DNA of 64,000 nucleotides from a virus (lineage: Duplodnaviria; Caudoviricetes), in the IMG/VR virus record IMGVR_UViG_3300031555_001469; one strand, 5' to 3'. Under the pieces are notes generated by a model. That model worked only from the letters and a program-made list of their open reading frames with translations, was not told the origin of the DNA and ran no database searches. Below, piece after piece: positions 29,790-39,924 of the stretch; position 1 is the stretch's first letter; the number at the start of each line of letters is the position of its first letter. The translations under genes and the position numbers were made by a program.

Positions 29790-30626
29790 TTATTTCTCCT
29801 TCAAACTATTTAAACAGTTCTTCATAAGCATTGCTATAGTCATTGGGCCTACTCCTCCAGGAACAGGTGTAATGGCTCCAGCAATCTTTTCTACTTCATC
29901 GAACTTTACGTCGCCACAAAGCTTGTTATCTGATAATCTATGTATACCTACATCAATAACAGTAGCCCCTGGTTTGACATAATCAGCTGTAATAAATTCT
30001 GGCTTACCAATTGCTACAATCAGAATATCAGCACGCTTTGTTATCTCTTTAAGATTCTTTGTCTTAGAATGACAAATCGTAACTGTAGCATTTTCTTGTA
30101 GCATTAAAGTAGCCATAGGTTTACCAACAATATTTGATCTTCCGATTATTACACATTCTTTACCTTCAATTTCGATATTAGAACGATGTAATAACTCAAT
30201 AATACCGGCTGGTGTACATGGTAAGAATTTACCCTTACCAATAACCAGATTACCTACATTTACAGGATGGAAACAATCCACATCCTTTTCTGGTAAAATT
30301 ACAGATAATATTCTTTCCTCATTAATATGGGAAGGTAACGGAAGCTGAACTAAGATTCCATTAATATCATCATTATCATTAAGACAACGAATGATATTGA
30401 TTAATTCATATTCCGTTGTAGTTTCATCCAGATTATAATCTGTATACTGGATACCTGTATATATACAAGCATTCTTTTTATTCTTTACATATGTCGTAGA
30501 GGCGGGATTATGTCCCACCTGAACGACTGCAAGATGAATATACTTATCCTGTACTCTTAATCTATTGACAGAGCTTTTAATTTCATCTTTAATATCTTTT
30601 GAAATCTGTTTGCCATCAATTATCAT
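29790..30626 (-). CDS. folD: Methylenetetrahydrofolate dehydrogenase/cyclohydrolase
   Basis: IIDGK, YVKNK, GILVQLPLP, KDVD, PCTP, GRSNIVGKP, TPVPGGVGPMT. Confidence 0.95.
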   Translation of the reverse strand: MIIDGKQISKDIKDEIKSSVNRLRVQDKYIHLAVVQVGHNPASTTYVKNKKNACIYTGIQYTDYNLDETTTEYELINIIRCLNDNDDINGILVQLPLPSHINEERILSVILPEKDVDCFHPVNVGNLVIGKGKFLPCTPAGIIELLHRSNIEIEGKECVIIGRSNIVGKPMATLMLQENATVTICHSKTKNLKEITKRADILIVAIGKPEFITADYVKPGATVIDVGIHRLSDNKLCGDVKFDEVEKIAGAITPVPGGVGPMTIAMLMKNCLNSLKEK

Positions 30627-31206
30627 TATTATCTTCCTCCTTCTTGGAAGGTATATATTTCGCATTGAAGTCACGGGTAGTCTTTTCCATAGCTTCGTAA
30701 AGCTCAGCTACTAGTTCATCAAATTTACCTTCCATATTCATATACTGCTGCATACAAGATACATGCCATATACAAATAGGCATCATACTGAAGTTAGAGT
30801 TAGACATATATTTATCCGCAACTGCAATAGCAGCAACCTTTCTACCCAAACCTTCAGCAAGTACCATAGTTATCAATTCGAGCATATCACAATTATACAT
30901 ATTTGCAATATCTACGAATCCTAATCCAGAGAATATTGTTTCAAGAGCACGACGATGCAAACCTTCTCCAGATCCAGGCATAACGATAAATATAATTTTA
31001 TCATTATGAAGAGTTCTAAAGGCTTCAATCGTTGCGCCCAGATTATCAACCTCGTAAGCATTATATCCATACTTAGTGCTTACAATATCAGTAATTATAA
31101 TTAATTCCTTATCTCCGATGATATCATCAATATCAGATACAAAATCGATATTGCTACCCCAATCGGCTTCATAAGTAATTTTGGTATCTCCAATAGAAAA
31201 TTCCAT
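30616..31206 (-). CDS. Hypothetical protein, GNAT-like paralog
   Basis: MEFSIGDTKITY...FSGLGFVDI; paralog of 31208. Confidence 0.5.
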   Translation of the reverse strand: MEFSIGDTKITYEADWGSNIDFVSDIDDIIGDKELIIITDIVSTKYGYNAYEVDNLGATIEAFRTLHNDKIIFIVMPGSGEGLHRRALETIFSGLGFVDIANMYNCDMLELITMVLAEGLGRKVAAIAVADKYMSNSNFSMMPICIWHVSCMQQYMNMEGKFDELVAELYEAMEKTTRDFNAKYIPSKKEEDNNDN

Positions 31207-31207
31207 A

Positions 31208-31813
31208 TTATTTTTCCTCCTTATTAGAACGTGTATTAAATTCGTGAATGACTTCTTCAAGTCTATCACATAACTTAGTAGCCATTGTATCACGATCTTC
31301 TCTTAATACCTGTCCGGATTTGACAAGATTGTCTACGTGATATTTACATAATGGGAGCAAACTGCAGTCAGAGATTATCATATAATCAATTGCACTACAA
31401 TACTCAATCACCTGAGCTCCTTTATTATCTGGAAGGATGAAAGGTCTAATATCAAGACAGTCATAATGATATAACTGATTAATATTAAAGAATCCTAATC
31501 CGTCGAAGATATTACTCTTTACTTCATATAACGTATTAACCTGCACATCAGGTTTTCCCTTGCGCTCATGCTCAGGAACATAGACTCTAGCAGCGATAAT
31601 ACAATTTTCAGTGTTTAACTGTCTGAATGCGTTTAAAGCATTCTTCATCATAACTAACTTCTCATAAGGTAATCTTCCTCCAGTAATCTCAATGGATTCG
31701 ATCATTATGAGTTCTTTCTCACCGGTGATGTCAAGGATTTTCTTGGACATCTCGTACTGCTTACCATCATCATAATAGTAAGTAATTTTTACATTTCCTA
31801 AACTGAATTCCAT
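31208..31813 (-). CDS. Hypothetical protein, GNAT-like paralog
   Basis: MEFSLGNVKITY...FDGLGFFNI. Confidence 0.5.
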   Translation of the reverse strand: MEFSLGNVKITYYYDDGKQYEMSKKILDITGEKELIMIESIEITGGRLPYEKLVMMKNALNAFRQLNTENCIIAARVYVPEHERKGKPDVQVNTLYEVKSNIFDGLGFFNINQLYHYDCLDIRPFILPDNKGAQVIEYCSAIDYMIISDCSLLPLCKYHVDNLVKSGQVLREDRDTMATKLCDRLEEVIHEFNTRSNKEEK

Positions 31814-31814
31814 A

Positions 31815-32018
31815 TTATTTTTCCTCCTTTAATTCAACTATTCTAAGTGGTTCATGACAACATGGGCAAGTACCAGTGGTGCTTACAAATGCATAATCCT
31901 GGTCATCGTTACATGTACAACCACATAAACCGCATTTACCAAATGTCCCCGAATTAATAATTCTTATCAATTGGGGCATTGAATAGACTGTTACGGTTTT
32001 CTTTTCTTGTTCATCCAT
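31815..32018 (-). CDS. Small zinc-ribbon protein
   Basis: CGLCGCTC...CPCCH; GGAGG RBS. Confidence 0.55.
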   Translation of the reverse strand: MDEQEKKTVTVYSMPQLIRIINSGTFGKCGLCGCTCNDDQDYAFVSTTGTCPCCHEPLRIVELKEEK

Positions 32019-32031
32019 AATTTTCCCTCCT

Positions 32032-32502
32032 TTAATCCACTAATTCTATAACATCTTCATTCCATACTACGATAGAATCGCAGTCCCATGCAAAGAATAC
32101 GCTATTGGTTGTGCTAAAAGCTGACGGATTACCTGAATAGAATAGCTCTAATCCATCATACCCTTCTTCCAGAAGTCTGTTGTAATCAATTGCATAATAG
32201 AAATTACCAAACTCGCCCTTATAATAAATAAGCTGGTTATATCTAAATGCATACGGTACAATATCCTGTTCCGATCTAACCTCTAAAATCTTGGCATTAG
32301 GTGATAGTTTAAACTTGAAAGACTTTGATATATCACAAAGACTATACTCTTCTGATTTACACCAATCCTTCCAACTAATACCATCATCTCTTGTTCCCCA
32401 TAAACCCATTCTAGGTTTAGAAGCAATGCTTTCCTTATAGGTGTTGAATTTTTCTAAATCAAATTCATCATCCCCATAATGTGTGTAAATTACGTCACTC
32501 AT
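32032..32502 (-). CDS. Hypothetical protein
   Basis: 156 aa; KPRMGLW, WKDWC, GYDG, WDCDS motifs; family not confidently assigned. Confidence 0.55.
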   Translation of the reverse strand: MSDVIYTHYGDDEFDLEKFNTYKESIASKPRMGLWGTRDDGISWKDWCKSEEYSLCDISKSFKFKLSPNAKILEVRSEQDIVPYAFRYNQLIYYKGEFGNFYYAIDYNRLLEEGYDGLELFYSGNPSAFSTTNSVFFAWDCDSIVVWNEDVIELVD

Positions 32503-32564
32503 ACATTGACCCCCTTAAATTTTATTATAACCCAGATAGCTCGATGAACTATCTGGGTTTAGTT

Positions 32565-34079
32565 TTAGATCAAGCTGATATAGATCAGCATCTCTTCAAT
32601 AAGCATATCTGGTATTACATTAATAATCTTACCATTGATTTCAGCATTATCATAATCAACAATCTGAAATTCAGATGCTAAGATATTTGCTACAATACTC
32701 AAAATATACTTCTCAATCTTCTCATTTCTGTACTTGTTCTTAATGATCTCATACATCTGAGAAGATTCAAGTTTCTGTAATTCTTTCTTGTTAACACTCT
32801 TTCTTGTAACGAATCTGTTAATCTTAGACGTAATAATATACGGCATAATAACTAACTTATTCGCTTCAAGAATCTTCTTTGCAATGAGCATTAACTTGAT
32901 ATAGTCTTCAGCATTAATTGCTTTAATAGCACTAGGATCTCCAAAATACTTATAAAATAAGTTGAAGATTAATCCCATCTGAAACTGATTAACAGGACCT
33001 TTGCCATCTTCGGATAATTCTTTCATATAGAAATCAATCTCATCCTGATCAAAAGGACCATACTTTGCTTCTAAATCTTCCATAGTAGATTCACAAGCGA
33101 CCTTGTTCATGATATACAATGATTCATCACTCTTAGTTAAGTGATTCTCATATTTATCGAACTCAGATGTGTTATCAGCATCTCTCTTTGAGGAAGATAA
33201 TCCTACAAAAGAATACTCATAACCGATATCTGTAATCTGGAACTTCAAGCTCGTACTAATCGAGCTGTAGTTAAACAGAATCATATTCTGATTATAGACA
33301 TACTTAGGTAAAATCTGTAACAGAATATTGTTTACGATATCAAGAGAATAAGTAACTGCATTCTTTGCTCTAATAGGCTGCATAGACCAAAGAGTAGAAT
33401 GTGCATTCTTATTTCTGTCAACGTTAGAGGAAACAGATTCATATAACTTATTATAGATATCTGCTTCATCTTTATACTTTTCAAGAATGATATCAACGTA
33501 ATAGAGAATAAATTCTTTTACGTTTCTAACTTTCTTTACATAAGTAAACTGGCATAATAATGGAATAAGCATATTAAACAAGATGCTACATTCCATAAGA
33601 ATCATACCATGCTTGTTTGTATACTTAAGACTCTGGTTGCTACTTGTATTAGCATCCAAATCCAATTTATAATTGTCTCTGTTCATACACTTCACTCTGT
33701 AGTAATTCAATCCATTTAATATGTATCGATTTACATCATATGTGAATGCATCTTTTGAATATTCTGGTACATAGTCAATCATGTATTTGATATTATAATA
33801 ATTCAATAACAACTCATGACCTGTATCATAGAACTTCAAGAAGTAGTTTAAATAGTTACATAAATGCTCTTTTAACTCTGGTGAGTTATATGATCTCTTT
33901 ACAGCTACAGTAAAGTAGTCTAATAATGGATCATGATCGACACCAAAGAATTGAGATATTGGTAAAACAATAGCGCCCTTGGTATATTTAAAATACCTGT
34001 CTTCTTCTGTCGGCACCCATTCATCTACTGGAATAAACTCTGGTTTTTCCACGATTTTAATAGGTGAAACTTTCTCCAT
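32565..34079 (-). CDS. Candidate promoter-specificity (sigma-like) subunit of the non-virion RNAP
   Basis: 504-aa helical protein with an early motif at 34106-34120; two genes from the chaperonin, as recalled for AR9 gp226/gp228. Inference from synteny only. Confidence 0.35.
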   Translation of the reverse strand: MEKVSPIKIVEKPEFIPVDEWVPTEEDRYFKYTKGAIVLPISQFFGVDHDPLLDYFTVAVKRSYNSPELKEHLCNYLNYFLKFYDTGHELLLNYYNIKYMIDYVPEYSKDAFTYDVNRYILNGLNYYRVKCMNRDNYKLDLDANTSSNQSLKYTNKHGMILMECSILFNMLIPLLCQFTYVKKVRNVKEFILYYVDIILEKYKDEADIYNKLYESVSSNVDRNKNAHSTLWSMQPIRAKNAVTYSLDIVNNILLQILPKYVYNQNMILFNYSSISTSLKFQITDIGYEYSFVGLSSSKRDADNTSEFDKYENHLTKSDESLYIMNKVACESTMEDLEAKYGPFDQDEIDFYMKELSEDGKGPVNQFQMGLIFNLFYKYFGDPSAIKAINAEDYIKLMLIAKKILEANKLVIMPYIITSKINRFVTRKSVNKKELQKLESSQMYEIIKNKYRNEKIEKYILSIVANILASEFQIVDYDNAEINGKIINVIPDMLIEEMLIYISLI

Positions 34080-34124
34080 AATAAGTCCTCTCCTTTATTT
34101 TTATTCATATTTATAATATATCAT

Positions 34125-34895
34125 CTACTTCTTTTTTATAGGCTTGACGAATTTGGTAGAGCCAACCTTAGAAGTAGTAGACACCTTTTTAATAGGAGCA
34201 ATTCTACTAGTGCTGTTGGTAGAAGTATTAGAATTTCTGCTAGCATTAGCAGCATTAATCTTCTCCCTTTTCTTTTGTGCTGTTAATTTTTCCCCTTCTT
34301 CCTGTCTCAGAGCTACCTTTTTAGAAGCATCCATGACATCAGAAAGTAACTCTTTCACTGTAAATTTCTTTCCGTGTGTAGAGTAATTCACTTTTTCAAA
34401 TAAACTGTATTTCTGCATAATAAGATATGCAAAGTAAATAGACTTCACATAACCTACCAGATTTTCTGGGTTCTTTTCTTTAGCTACATCCTTGACAGCT
34501 TTCTTTGCCATCTTAGGAACGAGCTCTTCAATAAAGATTTCATTCTCGATAAATGCATGTGCAAATGTATACACAAACGCCGGATCGTTAGAATAAAACT
34601 TTACGAAATAGTGTCTTAAATCTTTATATCCTTTAGCCATAGGATCATCCGAGTAAAACATAATGACAGTGTCATAATAAAACCTATCAATAGTTTCACT
34701 AGGGACTTTCACATGGCAAAAATATCGATCGTTAGCCTTGTCGTAAAATAATCGATATGTAAACTTAGAAGCTTCTCTGAGAATAATCTTATCAAGCTTT
34801 TCTGTATATAACTTCCGATACATATCTCTTTGCGAAAAAACTGCATTCTTTTTACCCATTGGGTTATCTATATAGCCATTAAATGTTATCTTCAA
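34125..34895 (-). CDS. Hypothetical protein with a basic C-terminal tail
   Basis: 256-aa ORF; late motif at 34961-34973. Confidence 0.55.
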   Translation of the reverse strand: MKITFNGYIDNPMGKKNAVFSQRDMYRKLYTEKLDKIILREASKFTYRLFYDKANDRYFCHVKVPSETIDRFYYDTVIMFYSDDPMAKGYKDLRHYFVKFYSNDPAFVYTFAHAFIENEIFIEELVPKMAKKAVKDVAKEKNPENLVGYVKSIYFAYLIMQKYSLFEKVNYSTHGKKFTVKELLSDVMDASKKVALRQEEGEKLTAQKKREKINAANASRNSNTSTNSTSRIAPIKKVSTTSKVGSTKFVKPIKKK

Positions 34896-35005
34896 TTTAA
34901 ATTTACCCCCTTTACCAGTAATAACGGAGTATTCGCATAATACGAATACTCCGCATATTATTAATATAAAGTTGTTTATTTTGTAACTTTTTAAACGACC
35001 TATAT

Positions 35006-36697
35006 TTAGTCTAATGTATCATAAACATTGACTGCTGGACTTGGAAGAATGAACTGATTACATGTGTATGCAAGAGTTACAATCTTACCAATTGTCTCAA
35101 GGATTACAATATCAGACTTGATAGAGGACTTAACCTTACCGTCACGTTCTCCGGTTCTGATATTTGTTGGACAATTATCAGCAATTTCTTCAGCAAACTG
35201 ATTACGATAATTTTCTAAATCCATTCCGTAAAGAATAGAACGAAGACTTTCAGCTGCATCATAAATTACTTCAATATATCTACCATAATCTGTCTCAGGT
35301 TTTTCGATTAATAATCTAGCAGCTCTTGCTAATTCGAAGTTAGAACCAAATCCAACACCATTAGCAGCTGCAGATCTACAGTTAAGTACAGCATCTTCTA
35401 CAAGATCTCTGATAGCATCTCTGTCTGCTACAGAAACACCACCAACTAAGTACTCTACCATATTAGCCTTAAGAGAATTAATTCTTCTCTTAATAGTACC
35501 TGTTACATTAGCATCAGCATTTTCTTCATATGCTCTTGCTAACTCTGCTTCAAGATCCCGGATCATAGCTTTCAGGATCTGAGAATCTTCACCTGTTTCA
35601 TCCTTCATTCCTTCTGGGTTTACAAACTTAGTCTTAACAGAATCTGCTTCAACTAAATCACAGGTACCAGCGAATTCATGAATGGTTTCAAGGGTAGGTG
35701 CTAAACCAGCTTCAATATCTCTTTCCTGTAACTTAGGATCGATATACTTCTTAATAGGCTTAGCATTTGCTAATCTAGCTAAATCCATAAACTTACCAGC
35801 TTCATGAATATCAGCAACTAATAAGAATGGAGGTCTGCTAGAAATCTGATCATCCTTATACTGATACATGTAGTTATTAAACTGGTCCATAAAGGAAGAA
35901 ACATCCTTTGTTACCTTTGGAGCTAAAACTACTGTAGGAGTATAATTTGTGCTACCTGCATGTACATGTCTAACAATATTATCCTCAAGAATTGTATTGA
36001 AGAAAGATACCATTTCTGGAGTATCAATAGGATCTTCGAATACATAAAGTCTAGGATTTCTGATACGACATACACCATTTGGCTGATTTATGTAACAGGA
36101 ATCAGAGTAACCTGCCTGTACATTTAAGCCGTCATAAATCTTGATAATGTTTTCTGTAGTGTTAGAAACAGCTACGTCAATATAAACATCCTTACCATAC
36201 TCTTCATAGATAGCCTTGATATTGCTAGCGATTTCAGTATCACCGTTAGTAGAAATCATAGCAATATCATATGCATCTTCAGGAGTAAACTCCTTCTTAT
36301 GTGTGTCAATCTCAGCTACAATCTTAGCAACTGCAGCCTTGAAGTCTCTGATAACTTTAGCAGCATCGTGTTCTGTTTCATCTTTACATAACTCTTCAAA
36401 GATAAGAGAAGATAAGATAACACCTGCTGTAGTACCATCACCAACTTCCTTAACAATGTGTCTTGTTAAGTTTTCTAAGTCTTCCTTGATAGCGGATTCA
36501 ATTCTTCCCATGAACTGAATAGAAGAAAGAATTGTATAACCGTCCTTGGAATAGTTATTAAATGCAGTGGTTCTATCGATATTTGTATAAGAGCCATTTG
36601 GACCGTAAGAGCATACTAATGCATCTCTTAAAGTCTTAAAGGTATCGATCTGAACTTTTCTTAATGCTTCTTTGCGTACAATGTTAGTCTTCATCAT
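35006..36697 (-). CDS. Phage GroEL-like chaperonin
   Basis: SYGPNG, SKDGYTI, VGDGTT, VEDAV motifs; no GroES gene in the window. Confidence 0.85.
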   Translation of the reverse strand: MMKTNIVRKEALRKVQIDTFKTLRDALVCSYGPNGSYTNIDRTTAFNNYSKDGYTILSSIQFMGRIESAIKEDLENLTRHIVKEVGDGTTAGVILSSLIFEELCKDETEHDAAKVIRDFKAAVAKIVAEIDTHKKEFTPEDAYDIAMISTNGDTEIASNIKAIYEEYGKDVYIDVAVSNTTENIIKIYDGLNVQAGYSDSCYINQPNGVCRIRNPRLYVFEDPIDTPEMVSFFNTILEDNIVRHVHAGSTNYTPTVVLAPKVTKDVSSFMDQFNNYMYQYKDDQISSRPPFLLVADIHEAGKFMDLARLANAKPIKKYIDPKLQERDIEAGLAPTLETIHEFAGTCDLVEADSVKTKFVNPEGMKDETGEDSQILKAMIRDLEAELARAYEENADANVTGTIKRRINSLKANMVEYLVGGVSVADRDAIRDLVEDAVLNCRSAAANGVGFGSNFELARAARLLIEKPETDYGRYIEVIYDAAESLRSILYGMDLENYRNQFAEEIADNCPTNIRTGERDGKVKSSIKSDIVILETIGKIVTLAYTCNQFILPSPAVNVYDTLD

Positions 36698-37403
36698 TGT
36701 GCTTTTCCTCCTCAACTTCTTCATTATCTGGCAGAGGTTCCACGGGCATTTCAAACCAACTATAGGCACTAGCTAAATAAATCTTATTAACTTTACCCAC
36801 AAGAGCTGATATCTGCAAGTTAGGAATCTCTGTTGTTTTGTGTGGTTCGAGGTTATATTTAGCTCTTAAGACGTAAATATGTTTACCTCTAACCTGATTT
36901 AAATCAAACCCCAGAATGTGAGCAAATTTACCAATCCAAATTGCATCGAATTTAGACAGATTAACTTTCTTTCTTTCTGAGATAATGACATTGATTTTAC
37001 TAGATGAATCTAGTTTTTTAATTATATCAGCCTGAGCTTGGTCTTTACACAATACTGAGACTGATATAATATCTTGAGCCATTATATAGGTTTCCATTAA
37101 TCCAAAAATATCAGTAGCTTCTGCCACATTTAGTATAGTCTCATAGTCAGCATCCATTATCTGTTTATACAGAGAGTCTGCATCAGACATATACTCAGGG
37201 GTTAAGATAGCTGTTAATGGGTTAATGTCATTTCTAATAAGCATAAGAGTCTTAATGAAATTTACATTTTCTGATTGCATGTAATAGTCATAAAAGACTC
37301 CAGATTTTTTATTGTACTTATATTTCACGAGTGTATAAATCGCATAATCAATGTCCATCATACACTCGAAATCTATAAGTATATTTATGCCATATTTAGC
37401 CAT
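36684..37403 (-). CDS. Hypothetical protein
   Basis: 239-aa ORF in an operon with the chaperonin. Confidence 0.55.
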   Translation of the reverse strand: MAKYGINILIDFECMMDIDYAIYTLVKYKYNKKSGVFYDYYMQSENVNFIKTLMLIRNDINPLTAILTPEYMSDADSLYKQIMDADYETILNVAEATDIFGLMETYIMAQDIISVSVLCKDQAQADIIKKLDSSSKINVIISERKKVNLSKFDAIWIGKFAHILGFDLNQVRGKHIYVLRAKYNLEPHKTTEIPNLQISALVGKVNKIYLASAYSWFEMPVEPLPDNEEVEEEKHNDED

Positions 37404-37409
37404 ATAGTT

Positions 37410-38210
37410 TTACTCCATATCAAAATCCTCATATTCAGAGTAACTACCAGTAGTAGGAATACCAGAAGGCTTAGCTCCAGTACTACCACCACCATTAAAG
37501 AAATTAGAAGAAGAATTATAACTTCCTCCTTTACCACCAGTAGAAACACCAAGCTTATCACAGATACCCTTGAAGTTGTTTCTCATGATACCAAGGTCAA
37601 ACTTCAGAGCGTTCATAACACTACCTGCCATAGCAGATGTAGCTGCTAAGATGTACTGCTGAAGAATATCCTTAAAGATTTCTAACTCTACGTTAGTATA
37701 GTTTTCCTTAACGAAAGACTTACTACCTTCATCAAAGCTTCTTACAGACTGATAGTAGTCGTCCTTAGTTACGTATACATAAGATGTAGTTACAGCACCA
37801 GTTGCATTGTCTACCTTTCTCAAAGAGAAACAGTAAGAGCTTGCACCATATTCTGCACCTGTACTTACAGAGAATAATCCATCTACACCAGTGTTAACAC
37901 CAACGTTACCGATAGAAGGATCAGCCTCTAACTTCTTAATTTCTTCTAATAAGATTCTAGCCTTTGGATGAGTAATATAAACTACTCCAGCCTGCTCGAA
38001 ATCGAAAGAAGCGAATTCATCATTTGCCTTGCCCGGCTTCTTGCCTGCAATACTAATCTTTAACATACCATTCCAGAAGTCAAACTTAATTGCGGTCTGG
38101 TCAATTTTAGATTCCGCATTGTTTAAGCGGATACCCATTACAGATGGGTTATACATCTTCTGATCATTGTTACTGTAGTTTCCTGTTGAATTATAGTTTC
38201 CTAAAGCCAT
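37410..38210 (-). CDS. Putative single-stranded DNA-binding protein
   Basis: Beta-rich core, Gly/Ser linker and acidic-aromatic tail (SEYEDFDME), as is typical of SSBs. Confidence 0.4.
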   Translation of the reverse strand: MALGNYNSTGNYSNNDQKMYNPSVMGIRLNNAESKIDQTAIKFDFWNGMLKISIAGKKPGKANDEFASFDFEQAGVVYITHPKARILLEEIKKLEADPSIGNVGVNTGVDGLFSVSTGAEYGASSYCFSLRKVDNATGAVTTSYVYVTKDDYYQSVRSFDEGSKSFVKENYTNVELEIFKDILQQYILAATSAMAGSVMNALKFDLGIMRNNFKGICDKLGVSTGGKGGSYNSSSNFFNGGGSTGAKPSGIPTTGSYSEYEDFDME

Positions 38211-38235
38211 AATAAAACATCCTCCTTTTATACTC

Positions 38236-38517
38236 TTATTTATTTAAGTTGCTGTTAGCAATCTTTTTCTTTTTTAAAATATCGTAAGTAACTTTACTCA
38301 TTCCAATCATTCTCTTATGATTCTTACCGAGAATAAATGCTAAATCTATTCTAATTAATTCAGATGGTGAACCTGAAATAGAATAGGTATCCAATTTAAG
38401 TCCTTTACCATGTATTTCAACGGCCTTATTAATGGCATTCTGAATGCCTTCCCCTTTCTCTACCAATTCGAATATCTCAAATAGTAGTTCTTCTCTGTTT
38501 ACTGATTGTCCGTTCAT
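38236..38517 (-). CDS. Hypothetical protein
   Basis: AGGAG RBS supports the MNGQS start. Confidence 0.5.
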   Translation of the reverse strand: MNGQSVNREELLFEIFELVEKGEGIQNAINKAVEIHGKGLKLDTYSISGSPSELIRIDLAFILGKNHKRMIGMSKVTYDILKKKKIANSNLNK

Positions 38518-38699
38518 TTTGAGTATCTCCTTTCTCATTTGGAAAAAATTTAAGGCTACGGATCACAAGACCCGTAGCCAAAGTTTTTAAAATCAATCTC
38601 ATAATTAGACATCTCTGACACTAACTGACATTGATTCTGACTTCTTTCTGCGAATCTAATCCGATACTTCCTTTACAAAAATGTTATATTAATTTTAAA

Positions 38700-39848
38700 T
38701 TAATATCTCATCTTAATATCTGGATAATTCACATAAACACCGAAGTATTTCTCTTTATAAGTAACTTTCTTAGCAAGATCGTCTCTAAGCTTGAGTAAAT
38801 CACTCTGAGCTTTGTAGAGTCTTTCTTTCTTATCGTCGCTTATATCTGGTTCGGAACCAAGATAGTCTTCAATAATACTGAGATTAGAATTAATCTGTCT
38901 CAGAATTTGAAGAGCTTCATCCTGATTATCAGTATTTCTCATACGCATACTAAGTTCGTATGTGTCGTCAAGAATGCCTTTAATATTATTCCACTTCAAC
39001 TCTCTAAACTTATTAGAAAGTTTTCCTTCTCTTAAAACAGATTCAATGAGGGCTTCATCATCAATTCTATTAAGACGTCTGATAACACCATCATATTCTC
39101 TCTTCTGGAAGTTGGAAGATGTCATACTCTTAGCCTTCTGCAATGTTTTAATTGCAGGAATACGTCTAAGTCTTACATCTTTGTATAATCTTAAAACCCA
39201 AGATAATGTAACCATCTTATTAGGCTGGCCAGCATTAATCCTGAATCCATTCTTAATAATCTTATCCAATGCACTGGATAAATTATCTCCATATCCACAA
39301 GCTACAACAAACTCATCAGCAAGGACTTCATCATCAGTTTCAAAGATACTTGTAAGCTTGATCAATGCGTCCTTCATACCATAAGCAAGTATTTCACTAT
39401 AATGAATAGAATCGGAGATCTTAATAACTTCATTATTTCTTGCAAGATATACATCTATACAACGTCTAAGTTCTTCAACTGGCTGAGTGTCATTTACCAT
39501 ATGACCAACTTCATGTAACAAAATAGCTGTTAATTCTCCAGGGGTAAAACCAAGAATTGGTTCGAATAACTTAGAATCTAATTCTAAATAATACTTATCA
39601 ATTCTAATTCTATCGTCTGTCTGAATAATTCTATTTGCTGTGTCAGCTTCAATTACAGGGATAACTCTCATACCGAAGAACATGTTATCGTTTTCTGTAT
39701 AGATTACTTCTAAACATCTACAATCATTAAAGAATTTATTTAATTCTCTCTGAAGATCTCTAGTGTTCTTAGCGTTTGGTTTTTCAAATACGAAGTTATA
39801 CATGATAGCTTCCATATTGGAAAAATTGTAATCTAACACTTTTCGCAT
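38700..39848 (-). CDS. Zinc metallopeptidase-like protein (HExxH), probably virion-associated
   Basis: AILLHEVGH...EVLADEF; directly downstream of the capsid gene. Confidence 0.65.
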   Translation of the reverse strand: MRKVLDYNFSNMEAIMYNFVFEKPNAKNTRDLQRELNKFFNDCRCLEVIYTENDNMFFGMRVIPVIEADTANRIIQTDDRIRIDKYYLELDSKLFEPILGFTPGELTAILLHEVGHMVNDTQPVEELRRCIDVYLARNNEVIKISDSIHYSEILAYGMKDALIKLTSIFETDDEVLADEFVVACGYGDNLSSALDKIIKNGFRINAGQPNKMVTLSWVLRLYKDVRLRRIPAIKTLQKAKSMTSSNFQKREYDGVIRRLNRIDDEALIESVLREGKLSNKFRELKWNNIKGILDDTYELSMRMRNTDNQDEALQILRQINSNLSIIEDYLGSEPDISDDKKERLYKAQSDLLKLRDDLAKKVTYKEKYFGVYVNYPDIKMRY

Positions 39849-39924
39849 CTTAGTTCTCCTTTCTACAAAATAAAACGCCTAGAGCCTAAACATAGACTCT
39901 AGGCGAATTTACCTTTTATTTATT

